DNA from: Cercozoa sp. M6MM
Taxonomy: Eukaryota > Protista > Endomyxa: Ascetosporea
NCBI GenBank assembly: GCA_040357565.1
Contig: JBDODJ010000031.1
Reading direction: 5' to 3' (one strand)
Length of the DNA: 64,000 nucleotides
How positions within the stretch are numbered: position 1 is the first letter of the stretch; each line of letters starts with the position of its first letter. The notes under the pieces were generated by a model. That model was not told the DNA's origin and made no database searches. It saw nothing but the letters and a program-made list of their open reading frames with translations. Of the stretch, positions 1-12,091 are shown one piece after another. The position numbers were made by a program, and so were the translations under genes.

Positions 1-1879
1 CCAACTGAGGAAGCCACGAAGTGTGAGCCGCCTTCATCACTGATATGCACTGTAATCAGGACGAAGGCAGCAAACGTTAAAGCTGTCGTGAGGATTGCAA
101 ATAGTCGGTGGTAGCGAAACCAGCGCGTGCTCGGCGTCGCCATGCGCGCAATCTCCCGAATCATCGACAACTGGTCTGCAGCTCCGCCGCTTTGTTTCAG
201 TTCAAGCGAGCGCTGCAGCGTCGCACCTCTGGAACACAATCGAATATTCAGTTTATACAAAAACTGAAGTGTATCTGGTGTACTGCTCGCGACTGCGCGT
301 GTAGGCTTGATTCATGTCGTGAATCTTCAGATAGCGTGCCGACATGACAGCGAGTGGTGCGCAAACCAACCATGCCAGCGTCATCAGCACTCCGTGTGCG
401 TATACGAGTGGTGGCACTCCGCCGACCGTGATGTTGTTGCCGCTGGTGAAGTCCACTTTTATCGCACCTATGTGCAAAGGCGTAATTTTACACGTGCCCG
501 GCTTCACTTGTAACCATTCAATGACTGCTTCCTACCTCGACTTTGATGCTGCTGCAGCTGCCAATCATCGGACAGAGTCTGCGAATGAGTAGCCCACACC
601 ACCGAAGTTGTCCTCCCGAAGCCGTACTCGATCCCTGTCTCGGATAGAGGCACCGAAAACAACACAAAGTGCTCACCATTGTCGCTTCCGGTGAGCACAC
701 TTTTCACCGTCGTGTCCTAAACCGGATGACGTTAAACAAATCTAACTGGCTTGGAAGAATCTTTTCAGGTTACCGAAATATGCGTGACCCCAGAAACGGA
801 CTTGGCCGTCATGCTTACCGTGGCTAGGGCATCACTTGAAACCTGTGAGCTGGTGCTGCCAATGCGTGCAACGTACGCATTGCCGAGCATTCTTTCTCGG
901 TTGAAGCCCAACGCCACGTAGCCCTGCGAGAGTGTACTCGAAGCGAGCTGCACAGTCAGTACGCGCTGGCTGCTGTCCTGCTTATCGGCGTCGAATCTCC
1001 ACCTGCAGAAATCGGCACGTATCCGCAACAAGTGATTGCGAGAGTCAGTGACACTAATAAATTCTACCGCATGATGGCGTCAGTTCCAAGCGCCACTCCG
1101 AATGGAAACGCGTCGGTTCCCAGAGCTGTCGCGGCGCCACTGGACGTCTCATTGTTGCCAGTGAGGATGTCGACATTGATTACACCTCGCGCAGTATGCA
1201 TGTTGAGAGCATCGTACGAAAACAACTCGTTACTTGACCTGGCCCAGATCGCTGTAGCTTTCGACAGCATTTGTGACACACTCGACTGAGTCGTTGGCAT
1301 ATGCCATTCGGCCAGAATATCGCCACTTCCAACGTCAATCTCGATCTTTGGTAGCTGTTCAACAGGTCAAGTAAATGTTGACATGCAAACAAGGCAATTT
1401 GCCAAAAACTAACCTTCAGCCAGCTGCCACTGGCAGCGTCACCTGCCGTCGCGACCTTTTTAACCCCCGAAACCGTCTTTGACTCGATCTGAAACTCCGC
1501 CTGCGCGTCATTTTCACGATACCCTACCGATAGTATAGTGCAGTCGCAATGAAGAGTGCAAATACGAGATCTGCGACGTCGGGGTCACCGCGGTCAATGC
1601 GCAGCGCAATCACCCGTGCTCCTACCATCGCACTGGTTCCAAAACCAATGGCAATCCAGCCTCTGCGGTAACACCAAACAACTATAATTGGGCACTTGGT
1701 AGCAAAGCTGTTGATTACGTGGGCTGATCCGTTCGCAACTGGAAGTGCACGAAATCTTGTCGTCTTTTCCATAGCAAAAACGCTCCATCTGCCATCTTCC
1801 GGAGGTGTTCAAAATCGTCCAACGTCGTGTCTGCGAGAGCGCACGCCACGAATGCGAGTAGCGCGAGAAGTCGCAACAT
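1..1879 (-). CDS. Secreted/membrane DOMON x2 + cytochrome b561 protein (CYBDOM/FRRS1-like), multi-exon, 3' end beyond window
   Basis: ATG 1879 gives signal peptide MLRLLALLAFVACALA. Two DOMON motifs: GWIAIGFGTSAMVGA and GYVALGFNRERMLGNA. b561 motifs AHGVLMTLAW...SARY and RWFRYHRLF. Confidence 0.8.
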
Positions 1880-2375
1880 CAACTATATAAACTTATATCG
1901 CACTGTCTGCGCGGCCGGAAACTATTCTACGTGTTAGAAAAGCCTTTAGGCTTCTCTTTGGAACGCAACACATTTTTCCATACACGCGCCGAAACGCTGC
2001 TGTCGGCAAAGGAAACGCTTCATTCGGCGAGGAACTGCTTTCACCATAAATATGCGGGGCGTTTCGTTCTTCGCGTTTTTCCACGAATTGCGAGCCATTC
2101 ACTCTACGTACCGCGACGAGCTTGCAATTCCCAGTGCAGCGACAGAAAACATAGCACGGGAAGGCGTCGTGGGCTCTTTCCTCAGTTTCCTTGCGTTGGC
2201 GGACCTGCGCTGATTCTTTGCCCTTGGGTGTCTGGCATATTTAGGTAGTTACTGTACTCACGTCCCCTTCCTTCCCCTGGGATGGTTTTAGTTAACTTTT
2301 CGACGCTGTCACGGTGTCCCACTTGTACTGTACTAGTTCCATTCGCCTAATAGCAACGAGCTGAAGCTCATCGCC

Positions 2376-4943
2376 TCAAAGCTCGTCGTCTGGCAGTACG
2401 AAAACCTCGAGCGCTAGTTTGTCATGCTGTATCACACAACTTGGATTGTGCACTGAAAAGCATCACAATTCACATTAAGACATTAAGCATACCGGGTCAG
2501 CTTCATCTCCAAGGTCGTGTAGCATGCGAAGGCAGTGTGCAGTGACTATGTCAGCCTGTGTGCCCAAACTAGTCAACCGCACGTGCAATGTTGATTCAGT
2601 ATGGGCGGAGCAAGGTACAGGCACATCGAAACGAAACTGCAGCGCCAAAGCAACGCGCAGTTCACACCGCAAAATACTCTTTTTGTCCGTGTGAAATCTG
2701 TACGAAAAGAGTGCTCAAATCAGGTGACATTAGTTTACATTGAGAAAAAAGACAGGACACGTCTCAAATAGGCGTCGAAAAAGCGTTGGAAGCTTCGCCA
2801 GCAAGGTCAGCAGCGGTTCATTGAACTTAGCCGCCAACAGAATGCACTGCACGGAACAAAAGGGGAATACAAGTAGTCAAAACAAGTGTGAGTGCTGATA
2901 CCACAGCAAAGACGAGTCGCAAATTGTCGCCGTCGACCAGACGTTGCAGGATCAAAAGGTCCTGTATCGAATCGAGGAACACACACACACACACACACAT
3001 ACACACACACACATACACACAAGCATACACACAGTAGATACGAGGTAGGTGGTGGCAAAAGCGATGGTGCTCAACTCGAGCAGGAAGGACGACGAGGACA
3101 TATCGATATCGCCAGCGACACTGGTACCGTGATTGGCGACGTGAGTACCTCTGTCGGCACCACCATCGGTGTCATGCACGAGACTGCTGACACTGCCACT
3201 GACGGTGTTGCCACCAGCGACACTGACAACATTGACTGCAGTGGTGTCGGTGTGCATGTGCGGTATGTTGCTGCCTGTGCTGACGTGTCCGTAGGCCACT
3301 TGTACTACACGTGGTCAGTCACAAGAACCAAGTCATTCCAACATCGTCAAAACGGTACAGATAGCGAGTCGTTTCAGCTTTCGAATGTCTGTCAGAGACT
3401 ATGCAGTTATACACACATGCTCGTACAACATAATGACTCAAGATACTCAAATCTCAAGTACAAGAGACGGCGGCATCGCAGATGCAAAGGCCGTTCTCCA
3501 CTGCGTGCACACACCTTCCTCATCGCCAGTGCACATTACACAAAGAAGATACGTGTCGCACCTGCTCATCGATGGAAGCACGCACTTCTTCCGTGCGGAT
3601 GTAAGAGATGGCACTGCTGATGACGAAAGGTGACGGCGACATCACCACTCGGTGTCGGCTGTCATGTTTGTACATAAAAGGACGAGAAACATGAACATAG
3701 TAGAGTTGAGGTACCCCAGCGCGAACTGTAGTCTCGGGTCGTCGACAGTGTCAGCAGCGTATGTGTGCCGCACCCCTTCCTGCGCGTATGAGTTCACTGA
3801 TAGACCCAAACTACATCTACATATGTATGCCAGAGCACCTTTTCAAAAAACAGAACTGAGCCGTGTGGTCGCAATAACTCACCGAAACTGCCGTCTTCTG
3901 CCACTGCAACCCATACACACACTCCTTTAGAAAAGGTGTACAATTTGCTCCTAGAAGGGCAACATTACGCTGAGTTTCGATGTGTGCGGGTTGACAAAAG
4001 TGCTTCCACGGTTTCGGTGTCTGCTGGTAGATTACATATCATGCATAGTACACATGCGTCTCTTTAGTCAGGTAGAAATACCGTGGCCTGTGACATGACG
4101 GAGATGCGGCCGTAGGGCACCCACTTTCCTCCTGTACCAAATACACATACACACACGCACACATACACACACGCAAACATACACACACCCACACACACAC
4201 ACACACACACATACACACACACACACACACATAGACACACAGGTGACTCGAGAGCGAGTGGTACGCGACGATGTGCAGAGCAGGAAGGCTTCGTTGGCGA
4301 GTGAACCGGCGTGCTGCGAAATCGGTAGCATCCCGCGCGTCGTTTCTTGCCTGCACGCATGAACATGTGTTGTATATTTGGTGCGTGGTCCAAGGCAGGT
4401 CAGTACATTCAAAGACAGTTGTACCGCGAGGCAGCGATTTGCGATTTGTGACGTCGCCACTCTGGTTCGTGCGAGCATAACGGTACAGACATAGCAAAGG
4501 ATACATATGTATGCTCTCGCTTGTACCTTCCTGGCCTTCTCGATACACGCCGTAGATATCGGCGCGTGATCTGCGAGTCGCAGGCATGCAGCGCGACCTC
4601 ATGCAACAAAACAAAACAAAAACATACTTGGGGCTCGCTTCGCGTCGATGTGCAAAACTGCCGAGATTGTGTCTTTCATCGTACTACATCATGCACTCAC
4701 ATGTAAGGATGCACTGCGCAAGTCGCGCACGACAGCGACAGATCGATACCATACGCCGCACTTCTTCTGCAGGTGGATCCTCTTTTCGAGAGTCATACCT
4801 GAGTGTCTGCGTACAAGAGCGAATATGGCAACTGGTCACACAATTCAAAGCGAAATACACTTTTCGCTCACCAAAAGAAAAGTCTCAGCGGCGTTCAAAG
4901 CCTCAGGCGAAAGTTCAGCGAATGAACGCTCTTCCTCTTCCAT
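2376..4943 (-). CDS. CABLES-like cyclin-box protein, multi-exon
   Basis: Spliced exons give ALNAAETFLL, YAADTVDDPRL, HRVVMSPSPFVISSAISYI, PPSLSLTDIRKLKRL, LELSTIAFATTY, CILLAAKFNE, ELRVALALQF and VTAHCLRM, collinear with the CABLES C-terminal cyclin box. Confidence 0.75.
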
Positions 4944-5184
4944 TGTGAGTCCGATAAAGTCGCTCACGCAAGTGCAGACACAGCTAAACCACCACAACTT
5001 CTATCGACTCAAAAGAAATCCGAAGCCAAAAACAAAAACGCTGCAAAATATCGCATCGATTGTGATTTTAGTGCGCCCCATGGTAAAAATATCGGTGTGA
5101 ATGCGGTTAACAGGCTTTTTGTGCTGTTTGATTTCGTGCGCTTTTCTTTTGAACAATGTTTGGTTTTCTTCCTTGCGTCCACAA

Positions 5185-6631
5185 ATGATGCAGCAGATGC
5201 AAGAAGACGAGGACGAAGAAGCACCACCGCCGACAGTGTTGGACCTACTGCAGCGAAGTCGACAGCAGCGCCTCGAACGCGCTCATTCAAGTCAGTCTGG
5301 CAACGTACTGTGCCCTCCCTCTCCTCAACAGATCCTTCTGGATCGTCCGTGCGTGTGTAGGTGCATTCGAGTCGAACACGGACAAGAGCACAGGTACGAG
5401 TGCAACGTGACTTGCAAGAACTCACGTCGATGCGCACGGCTGTGGAAGGGACGTCAACACTCGTCACTCTACCTGACTCGGATGTAGCTGATCACTACCT
5501 GGTTCTTCCGTGTCTCTCTTGTATGTTGACGTCTTGCAGAATAACCTGCGCATCCACCTCGAAGTACGGCCGTCGCGCGGATTTTTTGCCGGATTCGGTC
5601 TACACTTTGAGGTATCCGACTGTGTACGACACAGCTGCCTCCCTTTGTGGTGTACTGCGTGTCATTTGGGGCAGATCGAGTGCTCGGAAAGGTACCCGTT
5701 CACTGCGCCGCAAGTGCGCTCACTCGCGAAAGTGTTCCACCCAAACATTCGCCTGCAGGACGGCGTCGTTCTTTTGCCGCTTCTCAACGAATGGGCCCCA
5801 ACACTTGTACGGTGAACATACCGAGTGCACACCTGTGTGTGTGCAAATGCAGATACATGTGGACATGTGCAGTCGTTGAATTTCGTCGTTTACTCGCTTC
5901 AGTTGATGCTGTGTGATCCTGCACGCGATGAGCACTGCGGTACATTCGCATACTCTGAATATTCTGCATGGATGTATGGTATTTAGTCGGAAACGAAACA
6001 GCAGCGTACCTGTACCAAAGCGACCGCGAGCAGTATGCACGAGCGGTGCTTCAGTTCTTTTTTGCCTTCTCCTTACATATTCATTAGCATACAGGTGGAA
6101 CATGCCTCACGAGGAGGCGAATTCAATGGAGTGGTTTACTCTGATCTGTAACTCAACTGCAATACTCTTTGCTACTGTCATCAAAAATGCCCTTGCCATC
6201 GCAGGAGACGACAGACACCGACAAGGAGGAAACGGAGAATTAATGTGTGTTTGTACCGACTTTTTAGTGTGCGTGATTTGTCTATGTGTATTCTTGTGCA
6301 TGCAGGAGGAAGAAGCGATAGCTATGGACTTTTCGAATCTGCGCATAGACACGCCACGCGCCAAGAGACGGCGCAAAGGTACCCCGATTCCGAAGTCCAG
6401 ACATAGCAGTGTCGATACCGAAGTGTGTATGTGTGCACAGCAGTAACAAGAGACGCGTTGGCACTCGAAAATCAACTGGTCACGTGGAGTCTTCCTGTAC
6501 ATCACAGCCTGTCATGATATATACACTCTGCAATACGTGCAACTGTCTCAGGAGGGAGCATTTCAGACACCTAGCTTGCAAGCACAAGTACCAGAGCCAA
6601 TTGCGAGTTTTGTGTTTTTCGCGCAACCATG
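5185..6631 (+). CDS. Ubiquitin-conjugating (E2) fold protein, Ubc12/UBE2M-like, catalytic Cys absent; 3' end uncertain
   Basis: Motifs AQVRVQRDLQEL, EVRPSRGFFAG and RYPFTAPQVRSLAKVFHPNIRLQDGVVLLPLLNEW across GT-AG introns. Confidence 0.75.
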
Positions 6632-6820
6632 AGCACGAGCAGGTGTCGGCACCGACTTCACGTGGCAATACCTCTCCGAGCCATAGTGCACGGACCAACG
6701 AGTCAGCAGCCGTGTCTCTTTCAATGCCTGCGCATCAACGCAGGCGAAGTGAGGGAGCCTGGCCACAGAGACACCGCAACGCCTTCAGTTCAACCTACAG
6801 TTAACAGTCCGATTTTGTAC

Positions 6821-6895
6821 CAACTCTGTAGTTTCCCTGTCTCGGTCCTGGGGTGGGCCACAAGCGCATGGCCATAGCCCAGCGCCCACTTAGGG
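6821..6895. repeat. Small dispersed repeat, copy A (related copies at 35189-35258, 35279-35352, diverged at 11778-11822)
   Basis: caact.tgtagtt.ccctgt...ggtcctggggtggg.cacaagcg...tag.cca...cttagg is shared with the copy starting at 35279. Confidence 0.75.
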
Positions 6896-7125
6896 TAGGT
6901 TGAACTATCGTTTTAGAGCCCGAGAGGTCTTGACCAGCGGCTTTAAATTCTGCGACTCGGGAGAACTGAGCTCACGGTCAGTGACATAAGACAAGACATG
7001 ATAGTCACTTATTTGGTACAAAAGTGAACAAATTTGACGTGTTCGCTAGCATCTGACAGCCCTTAATTTTATATGTGATTGGAATAACCAAACATACAAC
7101 TCGAGTGATGGCGTGCGGGAACGAC

Positions 7126-7974
7126 TTAGAACTTGAGCTTCGAGAAGAGGAAGGCAGTCGGGGCCGTCTGCTCCTTCTCGAGGTAACTGCGCACGCAACA
7201 GACACGTTAGTCGACTTGCTTGCCGCACTGAATGGATCTCGCTTCCAGTCGAGACATTCGCGAGCTGAAGAACAGCTCGCCGATGTCTTGCGGACGAGCC
7301 CACCAACCACCGAAATGGAAGGCAGGACACGACCGCAGCTCAGCGCGGTGCCGCTCCAAAACGGAGCCGACACAACCAAACGCCTCTGCCGGTTTGTGCT
7401 GGACGGGTCGCCCCTTACGATGGAGATCGTGCAAGCCACAAGCAATCACAAGGCAAAAGCGAAAAAAACGCGCCAAGTGAGCAGACACAAGAGCAAAATA
7501 AATCCGCTGTACCGCGTCTTCATCGTCTTGCGCAGCGTCTTCTTGACCTCGGCCTTCTTGTCAGCATCCTTGATGGCGGCGGCCGTCACCAGGTCCTTAA
7601 GCTGGAGGTCAGCGTTCGGGATCGTGAAGCGCGTCGGCATGACGTGCTGCAGGTTCACGAACTTGACGAACGACTTGATCTGCGACTTGCGCAGGATCTG
7701 CTTTTTCGACATCGACTTGGTGACCTTCAGCGGGGCGCGCTCAACACCGGCCACGATGACGTGCGGGAACGGGCGGGCCTTGCTGCCGTTGTTGACCTTG
7801 ACGATCACGGCCTTCTTACCGGCGAAACGGCCAGCAAGCAGCACAACCACACGGCCGGGCTTGATGCTGCGCGCAAAGACAATATATCATCAAGCGAAAA
7901 ATACGAACAGCGCCCCAAAAAAGCACTTATAAGTGCGCAACAACTTACAACTTCTTGCTCTCGTTCTTGGACAT
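7126..7974 (-). CDS. RPL27: 60S ribosomal protein L27 (eL27); exons 7974-7949, 7866-7513, 7186-7126
   Basis: MSKNESKKFIKPGRVVVLLAGRFAGKKAVIVK...IKSFVKFVNLQHVMPTRF...FLFSKLKF*. Canonical splice sites and biased codon usage. Confidence 0.97.
7218..7436 (-). ncRNA. Unidentified structured RNA element in RPL27 intron 2
   Basis: Closing helices gcttg/caagc, gcac/gtgc, gatctc/gagatc and tccag/ctgga enclose about five hairpins, including ccaU(UUCG)gtgg and agacat..cgagctg/cagctcg..atgtct. G-U wobbles favour the minus (sense) strand. Confidence 0.5.
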
Positions 7975-8161
7975 CTCGAGTGTGTTGTAGGGTTCCCAAA
8001 AAAAAACAGGATTCGCTGCTTAGTATTTTTGGCACAGGCGCTCCGGTCTGTTTCTCCCTGGGCTCAATTATTTTTGCCCGGGCAGAGCCCGAAGTGCGAG
8101 CAGTCCAGAGTCCTGTCCAGTGGTGTCTAGTGTTTCTTTGGCACTCTAATTGGCGCGATCG

Positions 8162-10781
8162 ATGGAGGAAAGCTATCAGGGTGACCCACAGCAGCCGTAT
8201 AATGTCAGTAGGTATGTTGTGGCATTTCGGAATGCATCGAGTTTTAATTTTAAGTGGTCATCGTTTTTTTTTTTTTTTTGCACAAAGCGATGAGGGTGAC
8301 GACATCGCTTTCGATGATGTGGGTGTAGCCTCGCTCCCCGGAAGTGTCGCCAATGTTGTTAAGGTATTGGCCCTCCCTTTCTTTACTTTTACCCGCTTGA
8401 CCCCCTTATCCCCACCCCCACCCCCACCCCCTTCTAACCCCCCCCCCTACCCCCTAGAACGTCATAGGCAGCGGAATCCTGTCGCTTCCGTTCGCTTTTA
8501 GACTGGCCGGTGCCCTCTTTCTGAGTTTGGTATGATGCATATGCCTGGTGCGTCACGTGCAATCTCGAGTTTAGGTTTGTGGCCGGGTTTGCTGCTGTTC
8601 CTTCTGTGCTGGGTGCTCTCGATCGCGACCTACCTAATACTCGCCAAGTGTGCACAGGAGGCTGCTGTATTGTTTTCTGTCCTGTCCTGGCTATGTAAGG
8701 TGTGTGGCAGGTGCGCGGAAAATCTGTGCATATGCGTTTAATACGCAGGAAAGGAGCGCCGCCAAGGGCGTTGCCTTTAGCTACAGCTACAAGGACGTGA
8801 TGGCAGCAGCAAAAGGTCCGCGCTGGGCAATTGCTGTCGATTACACAATTTCTATCCTCAGCATCATTTCATGCACGAGCTATATCGTGCTAATTGGCGA
8901 CTACGGTGCCGCCATGAACCTCGTATTTTCTGGCATTCACTCACGTCCTGGCAAGTGTAGTACCATGAATAGGTGTGTTCGCCGGACACACTGTGTACCA
9001 ACCGTGCCGTACAGCAACTGGTGGTGGCCGTTGGCATCCTGCTGCCACTGTGTTTGCTGCGTGACCTGTCACCTCTGTACCACCCTTCTTGATGCTGGCA
9101 CACATTGTGGTATTTCAGAATGAACACTTTAGGAAGTACATGAGTGTCGTTGGACTGCTTGCTGTTGTGTAACGTGCTGCTTTGCGATGTAACTACTCGC
9201 GATGTTGCTCTTGCATGTGTTGGCAGGTACACGGCCGTCTTTGTTGTTGTCACCGACGACACCGGTGATTCGGTTCCTGGTATGCGTGCTCGTTTTGGTT
9301 TCAATGAGGCATCCAAGCAGCAAAGCATGGGTACGTAGAGGATAGGAAGCTAGACTGGTGGAATTTTGACGTGCAACTGTTCGAAAGTGTCTCTCTCCTG
9401 AACGGTATACATCTCGCATCTTACCTTAGCCGTACCCCTCGCCTTCTCCCACTGTTTTAACCTCGCAGCCACATTTTCGAGTCACTACAATGCACCGCGC
9501 TTCTACGCCGAACTCAAGAATCGATCGGTATGTTGCTAGTTGAATGTGCGTCTGTCTGTAGCTATTGGTTGGTGTGCCTGTGTAGATTAAGAGGTTTCGC
9601 GCACTGACAGTGTCGGCGTATGGACTTGTCGCTGTCCTCTCTGGCGTCGGTACGTTGTTAGGCTTTCTGCTTTTGTGCGGTTCATTTTTATGGGATCGTA
9701 GTGGGCGTTGGTGCTTATGCAACGTTCGGTCGGGCCACGAAAGGCAATATCTTGGTACCTTTCTTTTTGTTGTTGTGTATGAGCCTGTGATTAAGTACGA
9801 ATGTGGTGGCTGTAGCTGAGCTACTCGGAGGACAATGTCGGCGCCGTTGTTGCGCGACTTGCCACTCTAGTTGTATGCTCATCTTCTTTTCAGTTTCCGC
9901 ACTACCTTCCTTCCTTCCTTCCTTCCTTCCTTCCTTCCTTCGTTCCTTTATTTCTTCCTTCTTTTTTCCCTACCTTCTTTCCTCCTTTCCTCCTTTTCTT
10001 CATTCCGTCCTTTCTTCCTATCTACACCTATTTATCTCCCTCCCTCTACGCGGGTTCGTCTACAATCACGCTGTCGTTTAGTAGTCAATCATGGGTACGT
10101 TCGCACTCGTGTTCAATGCGGGCCGAGTCGCCACCAGCAACCTTCTCGTGCGACTGCTCAATCGCATCGACAGAAGAGACGATAGCGCTATCAACAGCAG
10201 TGTCAGCAGTGATGACACCAGACTCCTGGTGGAGGATGGCAACTCTGTCGGTAGGATTGCTTTGTGCATGTCTCAGTCTGTGCAGTAATTGGTGTTTTGC
10301 AGGTGCCCCTCCCAGAGACGATTTGACGAAGTCGCAGCGCTACGCTCTCACTATGTTTATGTTGATCTGCGTCACGACTGCAGGTACTAGAGGATCCAGT
10401 TGGCATGTGCGTCTCTATTTGATTGTTGTGGAAACAGGAGTACTGGCTGATGACGTGTCCACAGTGAATGCCATCAAGGGCGCTCTCACCAACTCCCCTG
10501 GTACCGTCGTTCCCTTGATTTTTCTATCGGTTGTGCTACGCATGCGACGTTTTGTTTGTGCAGTTACATACATCTTTCCGGGCATGATCTGGCTGTCACT
10601 CGGCGACTCGCAACATCGGTGGATGCATCGCTTCGCCTACTTTCTCATCGTTTTCGGAGTGGTTTGTTTGTGATTTTGATATGGATGCATGCTCGTGGTT
10701 GTTTTATGCTTTGCTTTCTTATAGTTCACATCAATTGTCAGTCTGTCGGTCACATTGGTCAAACTGGGCAAGACGAACTGA
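8162..10781 (+). CDS. Amino acid transporter, SLC38/AVT (Aa_trans) family, multi-exon
   Basis: SVANVVKNVIGSGILSLPFAFRLAG, SYIVLIGD and AVTYIFPG motifs, with many hydrophobic exons. Confidence 0.9.
9906..9945 (+). repeat. (TTCC)n microsatellite in an intron
   Basis: Directly visible. Confidence 0.9.
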
Positions 10782-11632
10782 CTGGACTGTGCTCCCGCTT
10801 TACTGTACCGTGAGGTCATCGATAGCTATGTTTTGCGGTGCCGTGCTGTGCCTTCAGTTGAATCGTGCGGATACGGATTGGATCGAATGCGCGTGTGCGG
10901 GATTCCGCGCCGTCATTTGATTTGATAGTTATAGTTAGTTCGTTCGGTCTATTTCGACACAAGTGTTACTGCACATTTTCAGTAGTCATTCTGACCCGTC
11001 CGCGTGGAGGCCATAATCCACGTCCCAACAAGTTTGAGACAAGGAAGAAGTTTAAGAGTGTTTTGGCTTGATCTTGCCTGGACAGAGTCCTTGCAGAGAA
11101 GCAGAAAGCTCCGTCACGGCTTCAGCCTGGCGGAGTTTTTCTTTCTACACGCATTAAACGACCAAGGACGTCTTCCTTCGGTCGAGATCCAGTGGGATCA
11201 CTTCGAGACCCAGTAGGGGTATTTCACCTACAGTTCTAACGTTGACTCAACTGAGTGACGACTTATCTAATTGAATGATTTATTTAGTCTCTCCTTTCCC
11301 TTACTGATTGGGCCATTGAGCCGCAGTAACACAAGAGTCTAGGTCAGAGACGCGGGGGTCATCATACCTCCGAGAGGTGGCTTGGTTTCGCGCGCCAGCA
11401 GGCGTCTACTTCCGTTCTCTCCATGCGACACAATCGTCCTCTGCCGGGGCATGGACAACCTAAGCGAAGGGGCGACCTTGGCGCAGGCGATGACAGAAGA
11501 CTTGGTGGGCTCACGTTTTGAGGCGTCGGCGTCCTTGGCCCTGCGGAAGAAGGGGAAGGGGACGTCTGTCGTGTGCGTTGGGTCGTGCTCGGTCCCATGT
11601 GCATTGCCTTCCTTCAGAAACACGCAGCCTGC

Positions 11633-11633
<1 letters not shown>

Positions 11634-11705
<72 letters not shown>
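11634..11705 (+). repeat. (CA)n microsatellite
   Basis: Directly visible. Confidence 0.95.
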
Positions 11706-11708
<3 letters not shown>

Positions 11709-12091
11709 GGAGTACATTAAGAGGTCATTTTCGTTCCAAGTCGGTTTGGTTTAATTGGTTAGCTAAACTTACCAACGCAACTCCTCTGTACCAGTCTTAA
11801 TTAAGCATGGGGTGGCCTAAGTCATCGGATCCATACATATCGATCTCACCTTGTGAACAAATCGCGGATGAACTCAGACTGAGCGTGACAGTCGAGTGTA
11901 TGTAGTTACTCAATTTTGGCTCCGGAGCGAAGTGAAAAGAACCCTCAGTTCATCGTCGGACGGGTTTTAATGCTGTGTGGCAGTGGCCACGCTGGATCGG
12001 TGTGACCGTATTTTGCTGCGCTCGGAAGTTCGGTTCAAGGCGTCGCGTTCAGGTTAATTGTCAAGTCGACTTTAGGTATTGTGCGGTGCTA

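Noticed and set aside
6821-6895. tRNA or hammerhead/HDV ribozyme
   Set aside because: No cloverleaf or B-box, no CUGANGA core, and no nested HDV pseudoknot could be fitted by eye.
7075-7932. 285-aa plus-strand ORF
   Set aside because: Antisense shadow of RPL27 and its GC-rich intron; no recognisable motifs.
11004-11630. Retroelement or gene fragment
   Set aside because: Short ORFs with no recognisable motif, so a call cannot be supported.
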